Shown: positions 56,140 to 64,000 of the stretch, in pieces
How positions within the stretch are numbered: the first letter of the stretch is position 1
Layout: each line of letters opens with the position of its first letter
Source: Octopus sinensis
Lineage: Eukaryota
NCBI RefSeq assembly: GCF_006345805.1
Contig: NC_043000.1
Location: 162,068,001-162,132,000, forward strand
DNA: 64,000 bases
Direction: 5' to 3'
Notes under the pieces: generated by a model
The model's input: only the letters and a program-made list of their open reading frames with translations
Database searches by the model: none
Told to the model about the DNA's origin: nothing
Program-made: the position numbers and the translations under genes

Positions 56140-56440
56140 TCATCATCACCGATTAACGTCCGTTTTCCATTCTGGCATGGGTTGGACGGTTTGACTGAGG
56201 TCTGGAGAGCCAGCGGCTGCACCAGAATCCATTCTGATATGGCAGAATGTCTACAGCTGGATGCCCTTCCTAACGCCAACCACTCCGAGAGTGCAGTGGG
56301 TGCTTTTACGTGCCACCAGCACAGGAGCCAGTAAGGCGGGCCTGGCAATGATCACGTGCGGATGGTGCTTTTTACATGTCACTGGCACAGGAGTCAGTCA
56401 ACGGCTACTGGCATAGGTCACGATCGGTTGGTGCTTTTTA
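56140..56440 (-). mobile_element. Further SINE family fragment
   Basis: Ends (on +) ttaacgtccgttttccat..gcatgggttggacgg, also seen at about 2900; contains ggttggcgttaggaagggcatccagctg and a (gat)n tail on minus. Confidence 0.6.
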
Positions 56441-56459
56441 CGCGATAGGTGAACCGCGA

Positions 56460-56975
56460 TATGGCGTGGGATTACTGTATTCGCCTTCTTTTGGCCGGGA
56501 ACGAAAGGCAGTTTTCCTTTGTCTGGCGATGGGGCTAGTGCAGTGGACAAGATTGAAAGGACTGAAGACAGATACTTTCCTCTTCAGCCAAGCCCTCATT
56601 GACTTTTTCAAGTTCCATTTGAAAAGGAAAGTGAAGGTAGAGAAGGAATTTATTTCCCCCAGTAATTTTGTTGAAAGGTGGGTGAATGTAACGAGGATGG
56701 CCAGTGTGAATGAACTTTCGCCTGTAAACCGAAGGAGTTGAGAAGGAGAGAGGCGCCTACTGTGGTGTGCCTGGTGGTCGGGATAATCAGGATGCGCGTG
56801 GTTCTTCGGTCTTTCCTGTGAGGAATTTTCCTCTTTTTGGGAATTTTTACCGTTTAATTGTATTATTAATTGTCATTTTATTGTTTACTCGATTTTTGTG
56901 TTAAACTCCACGTATTGTATTATCTCTGTTTTGTGTTCGGCCCTTGTGGCCAATAAAGAAATTATTATTTTTATT
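56460..56975 (+). mobile_element. L1/Tx1-like LINE 3' end
   Basis: FLCLAMGLVQWTRLKG...FVERW resembles Tx1 ORF2 C-terminus; ends aataaagaa(att)n. Confidence 0.45.
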
Positions 56976-57827
56976 TTTATTATCATCATCATCATCTAGG
57001 CAGGGTTTCACAGCACACTACGTTGTAGATGTTGATTAGATGTGTCGCAAGGTTTAAATTAAAACAACACAACTGACAAAATATGTCAGTAAAGTGTCAC
57101 ACACCGAAATTTTGGAAACCATTACTTTAAATGAATACATAAAAAAGAAAAAAAAATCAAGCGAAATTTTTTAATGCTAGGAAGAAAGGCGACGAGGGTT
57201 AGCCAAGGTTGAGTGGTGAAAAGCTCGAGAGTGAGGGGTTAGGAGTATGGAGGGGTAATAATTTTAATAAAAAAGGAATGAGGACGCAGACAGCGTTCAT
57301 ATACTGTACGAGTATATAACGAGGAGGATTCGTGGCATTCGTTTTAATTAATTCTGCGAGTAATGGATAAAATAAACATTCCCAACCTTATTCCACCTTC
57401 TCTCTTCCCTCCTCTTAGATTCTCTCTCTCCGCTTGCCAGCCATCTGATAGTGCAATGGTGTATACATTTTACTCAGTGATTGTGGGTTGGTAAGTAATG
57501 GAGTGACCATCTCACTATCAAGCATCACTTTGACATTACTGCTTTAGTTGACCTCCACATTTATTGTGTTTATATTATCTTGTCAACGTAAACCGACACT
57601 CAAACAACACATTCTGACGTCAAATATCTTGTTTTCTATACTGCAGGGTGCTCCTTTCCAGGGGGATCAGTAGCAAAAATATCTTCCCAAGTCAAAACAC
57701 TTAACCACGTTAGGCTGACAATTTTCATACACATTCTCACACACAATATTACTATGTAACCAGGTCGTCGTATCATCCAGAACACATGCAATATAATTTC
57801 AGATTTTATTTTCTATCGGAAATAAAA

Positions 57828-58385
57828 CGGTGAGCTGGCGAAATGCTTAGCGATATTTCGTCTGCCGAAGGCTGCGAGCTGGCAGAAACGTTAGCACGCC
57901 GGACAAAATGCTAAGCGGTATTTCGTCTGCCGTTACCTTCTGAGTTCAAATTTCGCCGAGGTCAACTTTGCCTTTCATCCTTTCGGGGTCGATTAAATAA
58001 GTACCAGTTACGCACTGGGGTCGATATAATCGACTTAATCCGTTTGTCTGTCCTTGTTTGTCCTCTCTGTATTTGGCCCCTTGAGGGCGATAAAGAAATA
58101 AATGTTACTATATAACCAGTTCGCCGTATCATCCAGAACACATACTATATAATTTGAGAATTTATTATCTATCGGAAATAAAACGATGAGCTGGTAGAAA
58201 CGTTAACACGCCTGTGCAAAATGCTTAGCGGAATTTCATCCGTCTTTACTATCTGAGTTCAAATATCGCTGAAGTCGACTCTGCCTTCCAGGGTTGATAA
58301 AATAAATACCAGTTGAGCAGAGGGTGTCGGTGTAATCGACTTGCTCATCGGCCTCGAAATTTCTGGCGTTGTGCCAAAACTTGAA
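57828..58385 (+). mobile_element. Two SINE family 1 copies (57828-58100 and 58185-58385)
   Basis: Heads gagctggcagaaacgttagcacgcc and the family core in both; separated by a duplicated flank. Confidence 0.82.
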
Positions 58386-58622
58386 GCCAATATTTCTCAA
58401 AAATTAGTCTTTTGCTACTTCTACTACTGACAGGAAAAACGAAGTCAAGGAACAGAAAGTAAGAATGTAAGCTTCATAAAAGAGATAGAATTAATTGAAA
58501 CAAACTTAAAAGCTAGAAATCAAATACATTATAGGGGGCGGCTTTGTGATAAAATGCTTGCTTCCCAACCACATGGTTCCGGGTTGTCATTTCTGCACTG
58601 GTAAAGTGTTATATTTGATATA

Positions 58623-58854
58623 TATTTCTTTATTGCCCACAAGGGGCTAAACATAAAGGGGACAAACAAGGACAGACAAACGGATTAAGTCGATTACATC
58701 GAGCCCAGTGCGAAACTGGTACTTTATTTATCGGCCCCGAAAGGATGAAAGGCAAAGTCGACCTCAGAGGAATTTGAACTCAGAACGTAAACGACAGAGG
58801 AAATATCACTAAGCATTTCGCCTGGAGCGCTACCGGTCTGCCAGCTCGCCGTCT
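58623..58854 (-). mobile_element. SINE family 1 monomer with ~21-bp TSD
   Basis: taaagtgttatatttgatata at 58602-58622 and 58855-58875. Confidence 0.9.
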
Positions 58855-60495
58855 TAAAGTGTTATATTTGATATAGCTTTCCCGAAGGCACCATCGCACA
58901 CCAAATTAAATATAAACTTATTCACTCGACACTTTTTTAACATTCTTATCGACCACGGAGGCTAACTAACAAAAAGACGCTAATGTAAATTAGCAATGTA
59001 ACTCAGATGAATTTCAGCTAAAGGCAGCTCAATCATATCATACACTGATTAGTCAAATTTTGATGGTTATTTTTGAATATAAATTGGAGATCTGTCCCTC
59101 ACGTCATAGTTTCAATATAGAAAGCCAGAGAAATACTGTAGCACTTCATTACGTCACTATAATAATCTAAGCAGACTATACATTCGCCTGTATCGTATTT
59201 GCTTTCATTTGGGGGTGCGGAGGTCATAAGAAAAGATATCAGTAGTAGAGCCGATGTAATATCACCAATATATTTGAAAGTACTCCAGGATACTAGCAGC
59301 CCAGTGAGTGAAACTAGGGAAACATATAAGAATACTTCTGCAACAAAATATCCACAAGTATGAAATACACATGCACATATATCTGCATGTGTGCACGCGC
59401 ACAGTTACAAACGCTGGCGAGCATGTATATTATGCATATCACTGCCAACAGCTCTTAGTGTAATAACCAATATTCAGCCAAGGCTAATAACGCTTTCTCA
59501 TTTTAGATGTGAAAATAAAAGCGGTTATTTCGAGAGAGAGAGAGAGAGAGAGACAAAGGGAGAGAGACAGAGAGAGACATACATACATACAGACAGCGTG
59601 TGTGTGTTTTGATTATTTCTAAACAGTAGTAAAGAATGACCTGCACCACTTTTGAATTTAGCCAAATGCCTTGCAGGCATGACAGGTGCAATGGGTTTCT
59701 ATGGAAACACTGACGCAAGTCGAACGGGGACATTGATTAAGTTTATCGAATTGTAATCTTTGCATACCATAGCTCTTCAGCTAATATCTACTGCTAAGTT
59801 AAATAGAAATTCAGCATCTACATCTGGATATGCAGACACATCTATACTTATATTCATGATTACGTGTAGATACATATGCTTAAATGCTACTTTATTCTTG
59901 GGAGTTATATTGCATATCTTTATATAATTTTTTTAATGGTTTTGGTAGTGAAAGTAAATTCATTCATTTTGATGTATCTTGGGAGGATCACTATGTCAAT
60001 AACACACGCACTGGTTAGCTATATTATGACCAAATTAATCGAGTGTTTGGTTAATCATTCAGTTTATCAATCAATCAGCTGTGCTTGCCAAAATCATTTC
60101 CCCGTCATGCGCGACTTTTTCAATTACATCAGGAATTTTGCAAACCAAAGAAAAACGAAAAATTTATTAATCCATTCACTATTAGTCAGAGTTTTGCTGT
60201 ATTTATTATTTTCCATGATACATATAAAATATAACTTGTGAATGAAATTGTGCTAATGGTGAATAACACAATTGCCTTCAATAGAAAAATAAACATCAAA
60301 ATTAAACAGCAAAAAAAAAAAAACGCTTTAAAATAAGTTAAACCCGAAAGAGAATATCATCGAACAATCCACACATACTGTGGCATACGATGTGCATTAT
60401 TTTCCTATGCACTAAAGTGTTATAAGCGCAGACACGAGTGCACGAACACGCGCGCGCGCGCGCACACACACCACACATATATACGCGCGTGTGTG

Positions 60496-60555
<60 letters not shown>

Positions 60556-60556
<1 letters not shown>

Positions 60557-60847
60557 TGTTGTGCCTGGGGAGAGTCGTTTTCTTTTTGTGCCTTATAATT
60601 TAACACACTCACCGGTAAATTTTCCCCTTATTTCTTATTTTTATTTTCCTAAAATTTTCGTTGCGTCTTGCAACCTTTTCAATAGTCTTGCAAACTTTCA
60701 ATAGTCTTGAGAGTCAAGACTATTGAAAAGGTTGCCAGACGCAACGAAAATTTAAGAAAATAAAAATAAGAAATAAGGGGAAAATTTACCGGTGAGTGTG
60801 TTAAATTATAAGGCACAAAAAGAAAACGACTCTCCCCAGGCACAACA

Positions 60848-60848
<1 letters not shown>
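60556..60848. repeat. 293-bp near-perfect palindrome in a (TA)n tract; Penelope-like inverted terminal repeat or foldback element
   Basis: ctgttgtgcctggggagagtc...tcttga-gag-tcaaga...gactctccccaggcacaacag; few mismatches plus a ~19-bp duplication in the left arm. Confidence 0.9.
60648..60685 (-). ncRNA. Putative minimal hammerhead ribozyme, U3-A8 variant
   Basis: CTA-TTGAAAA-G-GTTGC-aagac-GCAAC-GAAA-ATTT-TAG; mirror copy on + at 60720-60756. Confidence 0.5.
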
Positions 60849-60900
<52 letters not shown>

Positions 60901-61526
60901 AAGATATATACACGTACACACACAGAGGCGCCCACAACATCAGATGTTAAAAGTCTAAATGTTCGGTTTAAGAAAGTCTTTTTGAAAGTTGTGTTGTAGA
61001 CTTATTGCGACTCCTAAATCCTAAATCAGTAACTGATTTATTTGTTCTCTTACAGATAAAAGAAACAACATTTACTTATCAGATGTTACGCGACTCAGAT
61101 TAAATTACAAAATATACTTTTACAGCACGTGTAATTTCGCTTTTACGATCATGGCTGATGTTGATTTTTATCATCAACACCGACACAAACGTAAAAGTAC
61201 GTGCTACCTTTAAGACAGTATTCAGTGTATGTATGGCGGGGGGAAGGGGTATAACACTCTGCGTTTGAAAATGATGCTATACTGCAGCCAATGAGCCCAT
61301 AAACAAAAATCAAACAGCGGCTACCTGAAAACTGAAAAGGAGGACATCCACCCGATAACACTTTTTCGAATTAATAGAAAATCCGCAAATTCCATTTCAT
61401 ACTCTACAACGGAAATATTAAATTATAAGGCACAAAAATAAAATGACTCTCCCCAGACACAACAGAATATGCTTCAACACACGAACCTCATATAAACAAT
61501 CTTGCAAAACAAATCCTAAGACGAAA

Positions 61527-61550
61527 TATATATGTGTGTATATATATATC

Positions 61551-61595
<45 letters not shown>

Positions 61596-61734
61596 CTGTG
61601 TGTGTGTATATATAAATATATATATATATGTATATATATATCTGTTTGTGTGTATATATATATTATATATATGTATATATATATATCTGTGTGTGTGATA
61701 TATATATATATATGTATATATATATATCTGTGTG

Positions 61735-61771
<37 letters not shown>

Positions 61772-61772
61772 C

Positions 61773-61819
<47 letters not shown>

Positions 61820-61870
61820 CTGTGTGTGTGTATATATATTATATATGTATATATATATATCTGAGTGTGC

Positions 61871-61903
<33 letters not shown>

Positions 61904-61915
61904 ATATAATATCTG

Positions 61916-61950
<35 letters not shown>

Positions 61951-61994
61951 CTGTGTGTGTGTTATAATATATATATATAATATATATATATATC

Positions 61995-62041
<47 letters not shown>

Positions 62042-62090
62042 GTGTGTATATATATATATATATATATATCTGTATATATATATATCTGTG

Positions 62091-62131
<41 letters not shown>

Positions 62132-62205
62132 CTGTGTGTGTATATAATATATATATATATATATGTATATATATATTATATCTGCGTGTATATATATATA
62201 TCTGC

Positions 62206-62244
<39 letters not shown>

Positions 62245-62378
62245 CTGCGTGTATATATATATATATATATCTGCGTGTATATTATATATAATATAATATA
62301 TATATATATATCTCTGTGTATATATATACCTGTGTATATATATATATATATATATATCTGTGTGTATATATATATATC

Positions 62379-62428
<50 letters not shown>

Positions 62429-62463
62429 CTGTGTGTATATATATATATATATATCTGTGTGTG

Positions 62464-62494
<31 letters not shown>

Positions 62495-62600
62495 CTGTGT
62501 GTGTATATATATATATATATCTGGTGTATATATATATATATATATCTGTGTGTATATATATATATATATATCTGTGTGTGTATAATATATATATATATAT
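61527..62600. repeat. Compound (TA)n-TCTGTG satellite
   Basis: Repeating (TA)n + tctgtgtg; continues at 63662-63920. Confidence 0.96.
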
Positions 62601-63661
62601 TGTGCTTATTGTCCTGTATCTCTCTTTTTTTTGCTTGTCTTGTTCCTTGGTTTGTGTCTATGTGTTTCGTCTCTCTATGTGTTCGACGTCTTTTTGGTGT
62701 CCTGTACACATATATGCGTGTATATGTACATGTAGAGGTAGGTACGTACATATATGTTTATATATATGCATATGTTCTATTTTATTAACATATTATACGA
62801 CTAAACGCACGCACCCTAATAAGTAAGATTGTTCTGTTTATCAAGTTAGCCTTGATATTAACTCTCACGCGACTCTGCATCTTTCTTTCTTTCTCTCTCT
62901 CCCATTCCCTTTTTCGTCTTTTTTTCCCTCACTTAACTTGTCTCTTCCTCTCTCTCTCTCATTCTTCATTCTCTCTCTCCCTTTCACCATTCTTCATGGT
63001 CTCCTCGTACCATTCCCCTTCTTCTTTCTCTTCCTCTTGCTCCTCCTCCCCCATTCCCGTCGTCCATCTGCGACGATACTTCCGTCGTAACTGCTATCCT
63101 GTCTTTTCTCGCCCGCCTTGTAAGGCTACTGGTCGACATATTTTCTCTCTCTCGTCGTCCACGATAATCCAGCGTTTGCAATACTTTTTTCGTCTGGCGT
63201 TAACAGCCCTTCTTATCTTGTTCTCCTTGTCCTGTCTCTCACTGTTATATATTTATTTTTCCACTGTTTATATATATATTCTTTACTGTTTATATGTTTG
63301 TACTGTCGTTACCGTCTTGCTTTTTTTTTTACCCCTCTGCGAAAAGATCTCAGAATTTTAATTGATTTGCTTTTCGCGGGAAGGAAGTTTTCTTCGAAGT
63401 ATACGTCTCGCTTTTATCCTTCGAAACGTTTAGTAGATGAAACCTTAGCGACTGAAGAAGGGGATTTTTCGTTGTGCTTATTGTCCTGTATCTCTCTTTT
63501 TTTTGCTTGTCTTGTTCCTTGGTTTGTGTCTATGTGTTTCGTCTCTCTATGTGTTCGACGTCTTTTTGGTGTCCTGTACACATATATGCGTGTATATGTA
63601 CATGTAGAGGTAGGTACGTACATATATGTTTATATATATGCATATGTTCTATTTTATTAAC
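62601..63661. repeat. Element bounded by ~190-bp identical direct repeats, embedded in TA satellite
   Basis: tgtgcttattgtcctg...ctattttattaacat at about 62601-62790 and 63473-63662. Confidence 0.88.
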
Positions 63662-63777
63662 ATATATATATATATATATATATCTGTGTGTGTAATATAT
63701 ATATATATATATCTGTGTGTGTATATATATATATATATATCTGTGTGTATATATATATATATATATATGTATATATC

Positions 63778-63820
<43 letters not shown>

Positions 63821-63825
63821 GTGTG

Positions 63826-63862
<37 letters not shown>

Positions 63863-64000
63863 CTGTGTGTATATATATATATATATATATATCTGTGTGT
63901 GTATATATATATATATATACCTTATAATATAGCATGAAATTATACCCACCTCATTGTGGATTAACCATGGATAAATCCATCGTCTGTGAGTATGAAATGC

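Noticed and set aside
61149-61361. Candidate upstream SLCO exon (ttttcag acceptor, hydrophobic ORF)
   Set aside because: No recognisable OATP N-terminal similarity and no phase-0 donor I could justify.
62852-63361. 169-aa ORF inside direct-repeat element
   Set aside because: Low-complexity CT-rich translation with no domain similarity.
61443-63949. Many YIYI ORFs
   Set aside because: (TA)n satellite artefacts.

Overview
AT-rich, repeat-dense eukaryotic genomic DNA, most consistent with an octopus (coleoid cephalopod) genome judging by its tRNA-derived SINE families (inference). The only host gene I can support is a partial organic anion transporting polypeptide (SLCO/OATP, SLCO4-like) on the minus strand. 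Four phase-compatible GT-AG exons (44992-44527, 30143-30041, 13792-13671, 4612-4421) are separated by introns of about 14.4, 16.2 and 9.1 kb; the first and last exons were not found in the window. The rest consists of at least three SINE families (one forming fixed-junction multimers), non-autonomous Helitrons, hAT MITEs with 8-bp TSDs, RTE/CR1/Tx1 LINE relics and long microsatellites. Nearly all other ORFs in the track are microsatellite or repeat artefacts. The most interesting signal is a recurring architecture of outward-facing, inverted pairs of minimal hammerhead-ribozyme-like motifs (Penelope-like pLTR style). One pair lies in a 293-bp palindrome in a (TA)n tract and has the compensatory U3-A8 core variant.
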